A DNA stretch of 64,000 nucleotides from an uncultured Collinsella sp. (GCA_902476475.1 CABSDO010000001.1:4000-67999), one strand, 5' to 3'; counted from the stretch's first letter, positions 7,602 to 18,102 are shown. A program made the numbers and translations. The notes: generated by a model from the letters alone, not told the origin.

Positions 7602-9065
7602 ATGTCAGATACGAAGGCGAAGAAGACAAACAGACGTTTCAAATTCAAATTACCGCACGTCTATACGATCATGTTCTTGCTGATCGTGGTTTTTGCAGTT
7701 TTAACCTGGGTCGTTCCTTCTGGCCAATACCAGCGCAAGACGATCTCGACTGCGGCAGGCGAGCGTGAGGTCGCCGTTGCCGGAACCTATGAACAGGTCG
7801 ACAAGAACTACACCGATTCCGAGACCGGCGAGACCACCAACTTGGGGCAGGACATCTTTGCGGTTTTGCAAGCACCCACTAAGGGCATTCAGGAGGCTGC
7901 CGATGTCGTTGCCTTTGTCTTGCTGATTGGTGGTTCGTTTGCAATCATCACGAAGACCAATGCGCTCAACGCTGGCATGAGCCGAGTAATCAAGAAGCTC
8001 AAAAACAAAGATATTCTGATTATTCCCATCACGATGACGCTGTTGTCCATTTGCGGCACCACGTTTGGCATGTCTGAGGAAGCCCTACCGTTCTATGCCA
8101 TCTTCATCCCCATCATGATGGGCATCGGATATGACTCCATGACGGCATTTATCATCTGCTTCCTCGGTCCCAACTTGGGCTACTGCGCCTCGACGATTGA
8201 CCCGTTCAACGTTTTGATCGCGCAGGGCATCATTGGCATCGAGGGCAACCCGCAGCTGTGGTTGCGTGCCGTTGCATGGGTTATTTTCACCGCCGCCGGC
8301 ATCGCATGGGCCATGCGTTATGCCATGCGCGTCAAGAAGAACCCCAAGTCGTCCGTTACGTTCGAGGACGACAAACTCAAGCGCATTGAGTTCTCCGTGA
8401 CCGATGCTTCCATCGAGGAAGAGTTCACCACTCGCCAGAAGCTCGTGCTGATTGATTTTGCCGGTGGTATGGCGCTTATCGTGTGGGGTCTTGTTACGCA
8501 GGGCTGGTATATGAACGAGATCTCTGCCGTGTTCCTTGGCATGGGGCTGCTCGCCGGTATCCTGGGCGGTCTTGACCAGCAGACCATCGCCGATGAGTTC
8601 GTTAAGGGTCTTGCCGACTTTGCCTACGCAGCCGTCGTTATCGGTATCGCTCGCGGCATTCTGGTCATCGCCGAGGGCGGCATGATTATCGACACCATCC
8701 TTCAGGCACTTGCCACTCTGCTTGCTGGAGCCCCTGCCGCCGTGTACACCACGTTCATGTACGTTGTCCTTGGCCTCCTGTCCTTCCTGGTTCCTTCGAG
8801 CTCCGGCCTGGCCGCGCTTACCATGCCTGTCATGGGTCCTTTGACCGAGCTTATGGGCCTCAACCCCGAAGCCGCCGTAACGGCGCTGCAGTTTGCCAAC
8901 CAGACCATTAACACCATTAGCCCCGTGGCAGGTATGACGGTGGCGGGCCTTGCCGTGGCAAAGATCTCGTTTGGCCAATGGTGGAAGACCATCTGGAAGT
9001 TCTTCATCTTCATGGTCGTGTTTGGCTTGGTCATTACCGCCATCTCCGGCATGCTTCCGGCGTAA
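7602..9065 (+). CDS. YfcC/DcuC-like family transporter
   Basis: PHVYTI..WVVPSGQY, FGMSEE, GYD, PSSSGLA motifs; many hydrophobic segments. Confidence 0.85.
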   Translation: MSDTKAKKTNRRFKFKLPHVYTIMFLLIVVFAVLTWVVPSGQYQRKTISTAAGEREVAVAGTYEQVDKNYTDSETGETTNLGQDIFAVLQAPTKGIQEAADVVAFVLLIGGSFAIITKTNALNAGMSRVIKKLKNKDILIIPITMTLLSICGTTFGMSEEALPFYAIFIPIMMGIGYDSMTAFIICFLGPNLGYCASTIDPFNVLIAQGIIGIEGNPQLWLRAVAWVIFTAAGIAWAMRYAMRVKKNPKSSVTFEDDKLKRIEFSVTDASIEEEFTTRQKLVLIDFAGGMALIVWGLVTQGWYMNEISAVFLGMGLLAGILGGLDQQTIADEFVKGLADFAYAAVVIGIARGILVIAEGGMIIDTILQALATLLAGAPAAVYTTFMYVVLGLLSFLVPSSSGLAALTMPVMGPLTELMGLNPEAAVTALQFANQTINTISPVAGMTVAGLAVAKISFGQWWKTIWKFFIFMVVFGLVITAISGMLPA

Positions 9066-9075
9066 GGAGGTCGCG

Positions 9076-10659
9076 ATGTCCAATCGTTTGACGGTGCTGA
9101 CGTCCAAGAGCGTCTTCACCGGTACGGAAGACCAGCCGTTTGAAGGTTTTGTCGCGGTACGCGGCAATCGGATTGAAGCCGTCGGTAGCGCTGGCGAGGC
9201 AGACTCGTTTCTCGCCCAGGCAGATGAGGTGATCGATTGTGGCGACAGAACGGTCATGCCTGGCTTGGTCGATGTGCATACGTTCTATACGGGCTGGGCG
9301 TTGCGGAGCCTGGGAGCCGACTTATCCGAAGCCTCTGACGTCGACGAAGTGGTAGCGCTTCTGCGTTTGTGGAAGGATGCCCACCTCGATTGCGCCGCCG
9401 CCTTTGGGCACGACCTTCCCGCATCGCTCGCCGAAGGCGCCGAGAATGAAAAAACGGCGGCAGCGCTCGACGACGCCTTCGGAGACGTTCCTGTTGTTTG
9501 CTTTACTCCGGATGCCGAGACGTGCGTTCTCAACGCCGCCGCCAGCGAGCGCTATGGTTTTACGCCCGAGGCCTGCTACGCCGAGAAGACCTGGCGTATG
9601 ATGCGGGACTTCCTGGCGCTTCCCGAGGTACGCGCCGGGTATTCTGATTACATGGCGATGCTGAACGCTCGCGGTGTCACGGCTATCAAAGAGATGGCCT
9701 TCGACGACTATTACGGATTTGCCGACGAGATGGCGCGTCGTGAGGAATCTGGCGAGCTGACGGTTCGCGTCTCCATGATGTCGCAGCCGGTGGGCGCCGG
9801 GGCGAATCTGTCCTATGCTCGTGCGGCGCGCGACCGCTTCCAGGGACCGTTTGTTCGTTTCTCGGGCTTCAACCGTATGACCGATCGTGGCGTGTGGGCA
9901 GGACTTGCCGAGATGATCGATCCTTATGAGGAGACGGCCGATGCAGGGGCTGCCGGCAAGACGGTTGTCGAGGAGCCCGAGTGGGGTTTGATTGAGGACG
10001 AGCTGCGCGCGATTGATGCCGAGGGCTTCCGTTACTCGCTTCATTGTCAGGGTGACGGCGCCGTTCGCCACACCGTTGCGCTGTATGCTTCGCTGCCGCG
10101 AGATGAACACGGAGTCATGCTTCGACGCCATGCGATTACCGACCTCGAGAACTCTGATCCGGAAGACCTTGCCCTGTTTGGCAAGCTGGGCGGAATCTGC
10201 GAGGTCTACCCCCAGATCCTCACGCTCGATAAACGCGAGGACTGCCTGTCGATGATGCGTCGGCAGATCGGCGAGGTCCGACTGCTGCACAGCTGGAACC
10301 GTCGCGGTATGGAAGACGCGGGGTGCACGGTGTGCTGTGGCACCGACCTCCCGCTCTTGATTCCGAGCTTGGGCGAATCAGTATTTAGCGCATGCGGCGG
10401 TTTCTTTGCCGACGGTTTGTCCGTGAATGAGGGCAATACGCTGACGATTGCCGAGCTCCTTCGTGCGTGGACGGCAGGGGGCGCATATGACCTCATGCGC
10501 GAGGATGAGCTGGGGACGCTCGAGGCCGGTAAGCTTGCCGACATCTGTGTGCTCGATCGCGATGTGTTTGGCCTTGACTACCATGATGCTTGTGACCTTG
10601 CTGTTGATATGACCATGTCGGACGGACGTATCGTGTTCGACCGAAATAAGGAGGTTTAG
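9076..10659 (+). CDS. Amidohydrolase (YtcJ/amidohydro_3-like) with atypical metal motifs
   Basis: GRTVMPGLVDVHTF, HCQGD, GTDLP, GTLEAGKLADICVLDRD. Confidence 0.8.
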   Translation: MSNRLTVLTSKSVFTGTEDQPFEGFVAVRGNRIEAVGSAGEADSFLAQADEVIDCGDRTVMPGLVDVHTFYTGWALRSLGADLSEASDVDEVVALLRLWKDAHLDCAAAFGHDLPASLAEGAENEKTAAALDDAFGDVPVVCFTPDAETCVLNAAASERYGFTPEACYAEKTWRMMRDFLALPEVRAGYSDYMAMLNARGVTAIKEMAFDDYYGFADEMARREESGELTVRVSMMSQPVGAGANLSYARAARDRFQGPFVRFSGFNRMTDRGVWAGLAEMIDPYEETADAGAAGKTVVEEPEWGLIEDELRAIDAEGFRYSLHCQGDGAVRHTVALYASLPRDEHGVMLRRHAITDLENSDPEDLALFGKLGGICEVYPQILTLDKREDCLSMMRRQIGEVRLLHSWNRRGMEDAGCTVCCGTDLPLLIPSLGESVFSACGGFFADGLSVNEGNTLTIAELLRAWTAGGAYDLMREDELGTLEAGKLADICVLDRDVFGLDYHDACDLAVDMTMSDGRIVFDRNKEV

Positions 10660-10660
10660 C

Positions 10661-11512
10661 ATGCCTGAAACCAAACCGACGCTGCGTCGCGAGCAGATCG
10701 CGGGCATGAACATCCACTACATCATGTGGTCGCTCGACTATTTTTTGGATACGCAACAGCGCCTGGGCTTTGAGTCCATCGAGCTGTGGTGCGCCGAGCC
10801 CCATGTGACGCTCGATCACACTGGGTATTTTGAGGCCGAGGTTCTGGCGAAAAAGGCCGCCGACCGTGGTCTGCGCTATCGGACGCTCTGTCCCGAGAAC
10901 GTGGTCTACCCATGGCAGTATTGCGCTCGTAAGCCGCTCCATGAGCAGCGGAGCCTGGCGTACTTCAAGCATGGCATCGAGCTTGCCGAGGTGCTGGGAT
11001 GCGACCGCATGTCCGTAAACTCGGGTTGGGGTGACTGGGACGAGGATCGCGAAGAGGCGTGGAAGCGCAGTCGCGAGCACCTATCCATCTTGGCGGAGTA
11101 TGCCGGCGAGCACGGTCTGGTGCTAACGATGGAGAGCCTGCGTCCCGAGGAGAGCAACCTTGTGACGACCGTCGCCGATGCTAAGCGCATGATTGATGAG
11201 GTCGCGAGTCCGTACCTGCAGCCTATGGTCGATACGACCGCAATGGGCGTTGCGGGTGAGTCGCTCGAGGACTGGTTTGCCGCATTTGGCGACGGTGCGA
11301 TCCACGAGATGCACTTTATCGACGGCGATCCCTATGGCCATCTGGTCTGGGGTGACGGCAAGCACGATATGGATGCCTTCGTCGCCACGCTCAACGCCCA
11401 TGGTTTCGATGGCATGTTGGGCCAGGAAATCACGGACGGTCGCTACTTCGATGATCCGGCGGCGGCAGATGCCAAGAACATGGCCGCCTTCGAGAAGTAT
11501 CTGATTGACTAG
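10661..11512 (+). CDS. frlC: Sugar phosphate isomerase/epimerase, fructoselysine 3-epimerase-like
   Basis: GFESIELW..PH, LTMESL..ESN, MVDT, HFIDG, EI motifs of the xylose-isomerase-like TIM barrel; adjacent to frlB/frlD. Confidence 0.7.
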   Translation: MPETKPTLRREQIAGMNIHYIMWSLDYFLDTQQRLGFESIELWCAEPHVTLDHTGYFEAEVLAKKAADRGLRYRTLCPENVVYPWQYCARKPLHEQRSLAYFKHGIELAEVLGCDRMSVNSGWGDWDEDREEAWKRSREHLSILAEYAGEHGLVLTMESLRPEESNLVTTVADAKRMIDEVASPYLQPMVDTTAMGVAGESLEDWFAAFGDGAIHEMHFIDGDPYGHLVWGDGKHDMDAFVATLNAHGFDGMLGQEITDGRYFDDPAAADAKNMAAFEKYLID

Positions 11513-11578
11513 ATAAGATTTTGCTCGGCCATGCTAGACACGTCCTGCATGGCCGGCCAAGCTGGAAAGGAACTAAAC

Positions 11579-12547
11579 ATGAACGCACATGATCTGATTA
11601 AGGAAGCAATTGCCGAGAAGGGCAAGTTCGACAGCGTCTACTGGATCGCCTGCGGTGGCTCCATGATCGATCTGATCCCGGCCCATGAGCTCTTGCAGCG
11701 CGAGGCGACGACGTTCACCTCGTATATCTATACGGCCCGTGAGTTCGACATCATGCGTCCCCGTCGCCTGGGCGAGAAGTCTCTGGTCATTGCCTGCAGT
11801 CACAGCGGCAATACCCCCGAGGTCGTCGAGGGCTGCGAGATTGCCCTTGCCGCGGGCGCGACGGTGATCGCGCAGACCGATAACGCCGGTTCCAAGATCG
11901 ATAATGGCAAGTGGGTCACCTGGGTGTACCCGTGGGGCGAGGGCGTTCCGCAGGCCGAAGTTCCTGCCGGTATCTCGCTGTCGCTCGCGGCCGAGCTGCT
12001 CGACCAGCAGGAGGGCTACGCCGATCTCGCCGACATGTATGCCGGTATTGCCGAAATGGATAAGATTCTGCCTCCCGCACGCGAAAAGGTAAATGCCGAG
12101 CTGGGCGATCGCTTCGCCAAGCTTTGCCAGGAGCATGAGTTCTTCTATATCCTGGGCAGCGGTCCCAACTTTAGCCAGACGTACGGCTTCGCTATCTGCT
12201 CGCTGATGGAGATGCAGTGGCAGCACTGCAGCTATATCCACTCCGCCGAGTACTTCCATGGCCCCTTTGAGGCTACCCAGGATGGCGTCTTCTACTTCTT
12301 GCAGATGGGCTCGAGCGAGTGCCGTCCTATGGACGAGCGCGCCCTGGCGTTCCTCGAGACCCATACCGACACGCTGATGGTGCTTGATGCCAAGGAGTAC
12401 GGTATGGAGGCCGTGCCGGCGAGCGTTCGTGCCTATCTGGATCCGGTGCTGTTCTACGCTATGAACTGCGAGCTGCGTGCAGCGCGCGGCAAGGTGTTCG
12501 ATCACGACCCCGACTTCCGCCGCTACATGGGCGTTGTTGAGTACTAG
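11579..12547 (+). CDS. frlB: SIS-domain fructosamine-6-phosphate deglycase
   Basis: ACGGS, SHSGNTPEV, ICSLMEMQW, EYFHGPFE, RRYMG..EY C-terminus. Confidence 0.9.
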   Translation: MNAHDLIKEAIAEKGKFDSVYWIACGGSMIDLIPAHELLQREATTFTSYIYTAREFDIMRPRRLGEKSLVIACSHSGNTPEVVEGCEIALAAGATVIAQTDNAGSKIDNGKWVTWVYPWGEGVPQAEVPAGISLSLAAELLDQQEGYADLADMYAGIAEMDKILPPAREKVNAELGDRFAKLCQEHEFFYILGSGPNFSQTYGFAICSLMEMQWQHCSYIHSAEYFHGPFEATQDGVFYFLQMGSSECRPMDERALAFLETHTDTLMVLDAKEYGMEAVPASVRAYLDPVLFYAMNCELRAARGKVFDHDPDFRRYMGVVEY

Positions 12548-12552
12548 GAAGG

Positions 12553-13425
12553 ATGGATACCATGGCTTTTAACGTGAACGCGCTCGGGTTCGGTGACAAC
12601 GTCGTCGATCGCTATGAGCATATCCATACCATGTATCCCGGCGGCAATGCGGTGAATTTTGCCGTTTACGCCAAGAAGTGCGGCGCCGCGCGCTCCGCGT
12701 ACATGGGCATCTTTGGTAACGACGCCGCTGCCGAGCATGTGATTGCAAGTCTCGAGGATGAGGGCATCGAGCTCGCTAAGTGCGAGCAGCTTATTGGCGA
12801 GAACGGCGCGGCGCGTGTGACCGTGGTCGATGGCGACCGCGTATTCCTCGGCTCCAACGAGGGCGGCATCCGTGGCGATGCGCGCTATGTGCTCGATCGC
12901 TTCGATCTGGCATACATGAAGCAGTTCGACGTAGTCCACTCGGGCAACTACTGCTTTACCGAGCGCGAGCTCCCCAAGCTGAAGGCTGCAGGCATCACCG
13001 TATCGTTTGACTTCTCGGACGATTCCACCGATGAATACTATGAGCAGATTGCCCCGTTTGTCGACTTCGCCTTCTTTAGCGCTGCCGATGCTGCAAGTGA
13101 GGATGAGATTCGCGAGCGCCTCGCTTGGGTTAAGAATTTGGGCCCGCGCTTTGTGTCCGCAACGGCGGGCGCCGAGGGCTGCATCGCCTATGACGGCGAG
13201 CGCTACTATCGCCAGCTGGCAAAGCCCGTAACGGACATGAAGGACACCATGGGAGCCGGTGACTCGTTCCTGACCTCATTCCTGATGTGCTATCTCGATT
13301 CCGCCAAGCGCGGCGAGGACGGACCTGAGGCCATTGAGCGTGCGCTCGATTTTGCGGCAGGTTTTGCCTCGACCGTGTGCGGCATGGAGGGCTCTTGGGG
13401 CCACGGAGCTCCGATCACCGAGTAG
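12553..13425 (+). CDS. frlD: PfkB family kinase, fructoselysine 6-kinase-like
   Basis: GDNVVDRY..YPGGNAVNFAV, DGDRVF, FDFS, DTMGAGDSF. Confidence 0.85.
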   Translation: MDTMAFNVNALGFGDNVVDRYEHIHTMYPGGNAVNFAVYAKKCGAARSAYMGIFGNDAAAEHVIASLEDEGIELAKCEQLIGENGAARVTVVDGDRVFLGSNEGGIRGDARYVLDRFDLAYMKQFDVVHSGNYCFTERELPKLKAAGITVSFDFSDDSTDEYYEQIAPFVDFAFFSAADAASEDEIRERLAWVKNLGPRFVSATAGAEGCIAYDGERYYRQLAKPVTDMKDTMGAGDSFLTSFLMCYLDSAKRGEDGPEAIERALDFAAGFASTVCGMEGSWGHGAPITE

Positions 13426-13543
13426 CCTGAGAAAGCGCTGGGGGGCTTGGGGCTGAAGCCTTGGCTGACTGACGCTAGATTACATCGGAATTCGGATAGG
13501 GGCTCGCCTTGGGTGGGCCCCTTTTTGATTGCTGGAGAAGACT

Positions 13544-14344
13544 ATGGATATCAAAGCATGTGCAGCTGGCTTTTGCTGTGCGGACGTGTACCAAAACATC
13601 GGCGTGTTCTATCCGACTGGCAATGGCATCGACTGGGGTATCCACCTGGCGCGAATGGGCATATCGGTATCTGCGGTGTCGGTCGTCGGAAAGGACGAGT
13701 ACGGAGACAAAATGCGCGAGGCGCTGGCTGCCGAGGGGTTCGACATCTCGCATCTTCGCGTGGAGGACGGCGATACCTCGGTGATGCTCATGGCGTTGAA
13801 GGACGGCGTCGACCGCGTGCGTCTCGAAGCGATTGACGGTGTCATGGAAACGTACCGACCAAACGATGATGACCGGGCATTTATCCTGGAGCACGATGTC
13901 ATCCATACCGACCTGTTTGGAAACTGCTTAGACCTGCTGCCCGAATGGCACGAGGCAGGCAAGACCGTCGTCATGGACTTTTCGGTGTTCAGTCAAGATC
14001 CCGAATACGCCTGTGAGGACCATTTTCCTTACGTTGACTATGCCTTTATGTCGTTTGAGGAGGATAGCGCGGAGCTGCGCGACTGGGTGCGCCATGTGCA
14101 GGAGCTGGGCCCGCGCGTGGCAGTCGCCACACTTGGCGAGAAGGGAAGCATCGCCTATGACGGTGAGCGCTTCTATGAATGTGGGATCGTGCCGGCCGAG
14201 AAGGTTGTCAATACCGTGGGCGCCGGCGACTCGTATATCGCCGGATTCACCAAGGGTGTACTGGATGGGCTTGACGTGCCGGCGTGCATGCATGCCGGTG
14301 CCGAGCTTTCGTCCCGAGTCATTGGGTCGTTCGAACCGTACTAG
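13544..14344 (+). CDS. Second PfkB family fructoselysine 6-kinase-like protein
   Basis: YPTGNGI, DFS, TLGEKGS, NTVGAGDSY. Confidence 0.8.
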   Translation: MDIKACAAGFCCADVYQNIGVFYPTGNGIDWGIHLARMGISVSAVSVVGKDEYGDKMREALAAEGFDISHLRVEDGDTSVMLMALKDGVDRVRLEAIDGVMETYRPNDDDRAFILEHDVIHTDLFGNCLDLLPEWHEAGKTVVMDFSVFSQDPEYACEDHFPYVDYAFMSFEEDSAELRDWVRHVQELGPRVAVATLGEKGSIAYDGERFYECGIVPAEKVVNTVGAGDSYIAGFTKGVLDGLDVPACMHAGAELSSRVIGSFEPY

Positions 14345-14371
14345 GAATAAAAGCCTGGAAAGGAGTGCAAG

Positions 14372-15232
14372 ATGGTAATCGATATGCTGGTCCAGCCCAT
14401 GCTCTACGGCGAGATCTATACGCCAGGCGACGAGCCAGACGGCTTTGGTTTTTGGGAGCGTGAGTTTGGCATGGGGCACATGGGCCCCATGGACTGGGAT
14501 GAGCTCGTGGCCGAAATGGATGTCTGCGATGTGCGGAAAAGCGTGCTCATGCCGCTCGATGTGACCACGGCGTGCGGCGGGCACTTTGGCACCAACGACC
14601 AGGTTGCCGCGCTTGTTGCCGCGCACCCCGATCGCCTATGGGGATTCGCGAGCGTGGACCCGCAAGTGAGTGGCGCCGCCGATGAGCTGGAGCGTGCCTT
14701 TACCGAGCTGGGGGCCAAGGGGCTCTGCCTGCATCCGGCAAAGCAAGGTTTTGCGCCCGATGATGCCGTGGCCGAGCCGCTCTACAAGCTCTGTGAGCGC
14801 TACAACAAGCCGGTGGTTTTCCATGCCGGTATGTCCTGGGAGCCGGGTGCGGAGCTTTCGCGAAGCCACCCGCTTGCGTTTGAGCACACCATCGCAACGC
14901 ATCCGGATGTGCGCTTTAACCTGACGCACTTTGGCTGGCCCTGGGTGCGCGAGACCGTGGCGATGCTGCTCAAGTATCCCAATTGCTATACGGATGCCTC
15001 TATTACCTATATCGATTCGCCCGAAGAAATGATGCAGCGGCTCTTCACCGTCGATATGGGACCGCTGTGGTATGAGCGTGCCCTGTCTCATCAGGTGATG
15101 TTTGCCAGCAATACGCCACGCTTCCGCGCCTTCAAGCTCAAGCGGGCGCTTGATACTGTGCCCATGCGCGATGAGGCGCGGGAGAATCTGTATTCCGGTA
15201 CGGCGCTGCGTTTTCTGAAAGGTGATGAGTGA
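14372..15232 (+). CDS. Amidohydrolase_2 family protein
   Basis: HPDRLWGFASVDP, GLCLHP, PVVFHAG, THFGWPW. Confidence 0.8.
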   Translation: MVIDMLVQPMLYGEIYTPGDEPDGFGFWEREFGMGHMGPMDWDELVAEMDVCDVRKSVLMPLDVTTACGGHFGTNDQVAALVAAHPDRLWGFASVDPQVSGAADELERAFTELGAKGLCLHPAKQGFAPDDAVAEPLYKLCERYNKPVVFHAGMSWEPGAELSRSHPLAFEHTIATHPDVRFNLTHFGWPWVRETVAMLLKYPNCYTDASITYIDSPEEMMQRLFTVDMGPLWYERALSHQVMFASNTPRFRAFKLKRALDTVPMRDEARENLYSGTALRFLKGDE

Positions 15233-15662
15233 CATGGTGACACTCGAGACATTGAACTATCTATCGACGGCGCCCGACCAGTTCATCGATATCACAGAAG
15301 ATGTGCATGCCGCCATCGAGCGTAGTGCGGTGACCGATGGACTGGCAGCGATTATTTTGTCGCATACGACTTGCGGCATCGTGGTGAACGAGGGGCTTCC
15401 GTGCGTGGAGACCGATCTCATGGAGACGCTCGATCGCATTGCCCCGCCCGATGCCCCCTATGCGCATGCTCATTTCTTGCCGAGCTATGGTGCCACGGGC
15501 AATAACTCCTGTGGTCATATCAAGAGCATGATTTGCGGCAATAGCTGCTTCTTCCCCGTTCAAGACGGCCACATTGTATGTGGCGGGGCCCAGAACATCT
15601 ACCTTGCGGAGTTCGATGGACCTCAGAAGCGAAAAGTGTTCGTTGAGGTGCTGGGCGAGTAG
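15225..15662 (+). CDS. YjbQ/UPF0047 family protein
   Basis: FIDITE, HTTCGIVVNE, GHIKS, QNIYLAEFDGP. Confidence 0.88.
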   Translation: MSDMVTLETLNYLSTAPDQFIDITEDVHAAIERSAVTDGLAAIILSHTTCGIVVNEGLPCVETDLMETLDRIAPPDAPYAHAHFLPSYGATGNNSCGHIKSMICGNSCFFPVQDGHIVCGGAQNIYLAEFDGPQKRKVFVEVLGE

Positions 15663-15703
15663 CAGTTGATGTCTGTGAGTCGGCGAGCTAAAGGAGATTG
15701 ACC

Positions 15704-16513
15704 ATGTCGTTTATGGCTTCGATGTTTGGGACCGAGAAACCGGTAATTGGCATGCTGCATCTGCAGCCGCTGCCTGGCGATCCTCTGTATTATCCGGGCG
15801 GCAGCGTTTCGCGCGTGATCGATGCCGCCAAGCGCGATCTCGAAGCGCTGCAGTCGGGTGGCGTGGACGGCATTCTGATCACCAATGAGCTATCGATGCC
15901 CTACGAGCAGCATGTGTCAGCAGTGACCCTTGCCGCTATGGGGCATGTCATCGGAGCTCTTGCCGCAGATTTCTCGACCCCTTGGGGTGCAGAGGCTATT
16001 TATGACGGCGATGCCACGATTGAGCTGTGCGCCGCCGTCGAGGCGCAGTTTACGCGCTGCAATTTTTGCGGTGCCTGGGCTGGCGACCTTGGCCTGATCA
16101 ATCGTGACTTTGCGCGCACCATGCGCCGCCGCGCCGCCCTGCGTCTGGATGACCTAAAGATGTTCCATTTCATCACAAGCGAGGGCGAGGTGTATCTTAA
16201 CGACCGATCGACTCCCGATATTGCCGATTCGCTGGTATTCAACTGCCTGCCGGACGCCCTTGTTATTGGTGGGTCTGCTGCCGGGCGCGGCGCTTCGGGC
16301 GAACTTGCCGACGAGGTGCGCGCCCGTGTTGGCGATGTGCCGGTGGTATGTGGAACGGGATGCCGCGAGAATACCGTTGCAGACGTGTTTTCGCATTATG
16401 ATGGCGCGTTTGTCGGTACCTGCCTCAAGCGAGACGGCAAGCTCGACGCCCCTGCCGAAGCCGAACGGGTCGCGCGGTTCATGGCTGCCGCCCGTGCCGC
16501 GAGAGGGGAGTGA
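15704..16513 (+). CDS. BtpA/SgcQ family TIM-barrel protein
   Basis: KPVIGMLHLQPLPGDP, GGVDGILITNE..PY, DGAFVGT. Confidence 0.88.
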   Translation: MSFMASMFGTEKPVIGMLHLQPLPGDPLYYPGGSVSRVIDAAKRDLEALQSGGVDGILITNELSMPYEQHVSAVTLAAMGHVIGALAADFSTPWGAEAIYDGDATIELCAAVEAQFTRCNFCGAWAGDLGLINRDFARTMRRRAALRLDDLKMFHFITSEGEVYLNDRSTPDIADSLVFNCLPDALVIGGSAAGRGASGELADEVRARVGDVPVVCGTGCRENTVADVFSHYDGAFVGTCLKRDGKLDAPAEAERVARFMAAARAARGE

Positions 16514-18036
16514 GCGGCATGCCGTACTATCTTGGCATCGACATAGGAACGAGTGCGTCCAAGGGTGTGTTAATAGATGCGGAGTGTCAAATTGTGGCGC
16601 AGGCATCTTGTCAACATGAGACCGAGAACCCTCAGGATGGTTGGTATCAGCACGATGCAGAAGCGATTTGGTGGGGTGATTTTTGCCGGCTGTCTCGCGA
16701 GCTTATCGAGCGCGCGGGCATCGAGGCGAACCAGATCCGCTGCGTAGGGTTGTCGGCTTTGGGCTGTGATTGCGTGCCGGTCGATGAAGATTGCCACGCC
16801 TTGGCTCCGGCAATTCTCTACGGGGTTGATGCTCGCTCGAAGCCGCAGATTGACGAGCTTCTTTCCGAATATGGCCCCGATCGCGCTCGCGAGCTCTTTG
16901 GACACGATCCGTGTTCGTCGGATATCGCCCCTAAGGTCCTTTGGTTTAAGGAGAATATGCCTGAGGTCCATGAGCGGGCGGCGAAGTTTCTTACGGCTTC
17001 GTCCTATCTATGCGCCAAGCTTACCGGCAGGTTTACGATCGACCGTTATCTTGCCGAGGATTTCCTTCCCTTATACGATCGCGGGACGTGGCAGGTTAAT
17101 GAGCGCGGGTGCGCGCGGTTCTGCCGCCCCGACCAGATGGCCGAAGTCATGGCGGCGACCGATATCGCCGGTGTAATCACGGATCGGGCGGCGGTTGAAA
17201 CCGGTCTTGCGAGGGATACGCCGGTGCTTGTCGGAACAGGCGATTCGGGCGCCGAGGCGATTTCTACCGGAGTGTTCTGCCCCGGGGACATGATGGTGCA
17301 ACTCGGGAGCACGGCCTACTTTATCTATTTGGCGGACCATATGGTCGATGACGCTCGTCTGTGGCCAGGGACATTCATCATCCCCGGAACTTACGGTATC
17401 TGCGCCGGCACCAATACAGCAGGTGCGTTGACGGCGTGGTTGCGACGCGAGTTGTACCGCGATGCCGTGGATGCCGAACGCTCCGGCGGCCCCGATGCCT
17501 ATGAGGTCATGGCGCACGATGCCGGACAGGTAGGTCCTGGAGCGGATGGCCTGCTGTGTCTTCCATACTTTGCGGGCGAGCGCACCCCGCTCAACGATCC
17601 CGAGGCGCGTGGCGTGTTCTTCGGACTGACCGAAAGGCATACCCGGGGCCATATGGTCCGCGCGGCTTTGGAAGGGATCGCCTATACGGTCGCAGCGCAT
17701 GTTGATATTATCGAGCGAGATCATGGATTACCTATCGAGCACATCATGCTCGTGGGTGGCGGAACTAAGAATCCGGTATGGATGCAGGCGATTGCCGATG
17801 TTTGCGGTCGTGAAGTTTCGGTTGCGAAGGTTACGGTGGGCGCATGTTTTGGCGATGCTCTTATGGCGGCACTTGCTGGCGGCGCCTATTCATCATGGGG
17901 TGAGCTCCCCCGGGTTCTTGGGGTCGCGCAAACGATCGAGCCTGATATGGACGCTCATGAGCTGTACGCATCGCGCCGCCGTATCTTTGATGAGCTATAT
18001 GCGCGAAATTGCGACCTTATGCACGAGTTAGTGTAG
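16510..18036 (+). CDS. FGGY family carbohydrate kinase (xylulokinase-like)
   Basis: LGIDIGTS, GTGDS, LGST, LPYFAGERTP, RAALEG, GGG. Confidence 0.9.
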   Translation: MSGMPYYLGIDIGTSASKGVLIDAECQIVAQASCQHETENPQDGWYQHDAEAIWWGDFCRLSRELIERAGIEANQIRCVGLSALGCDCVPVDEDCHALAPAILYGVDARSKPQIDELLSEYGPDRARELFGHDPCSSDIAPKVLWFKENMPEVHERAAKFLTASSYLCAKLTGRFTIDRYLAEDFLPLYDRGTWQVNERGCARFCRPDQMAEVMAATDIAGVITDRAAVETGLARDTPVLVGTGDSGAEAISTGVFCPGDMMVQLGSTAYFIYLADHMVDDARLWPGTFIIPGTYGICAGTNTAGALTAWLRRELYRDAVDAERSGGPDAYEVMAHDAGQVGPGADGLLCLPYFAGERTPLNDPEARGVFFGLTERHTRGHMVRAALEGIAYTVAAHVDIIERDHGLPIEHIMLVGGGTKNPVWMQAIADVCGREVSVAKVTVGACFGDALMAALAGGAYSSWGELPRVLGVAQTIEPDMDAHELYASRRRIFDELYARNCDLMHELV

Positions 18037-18102
18037 CGCCGCCGAATTGCCCCACGCTCTTATGGGGGCTGCGTTGTGCGATTCGCATGTCCCTTGAGGG
18101 TC

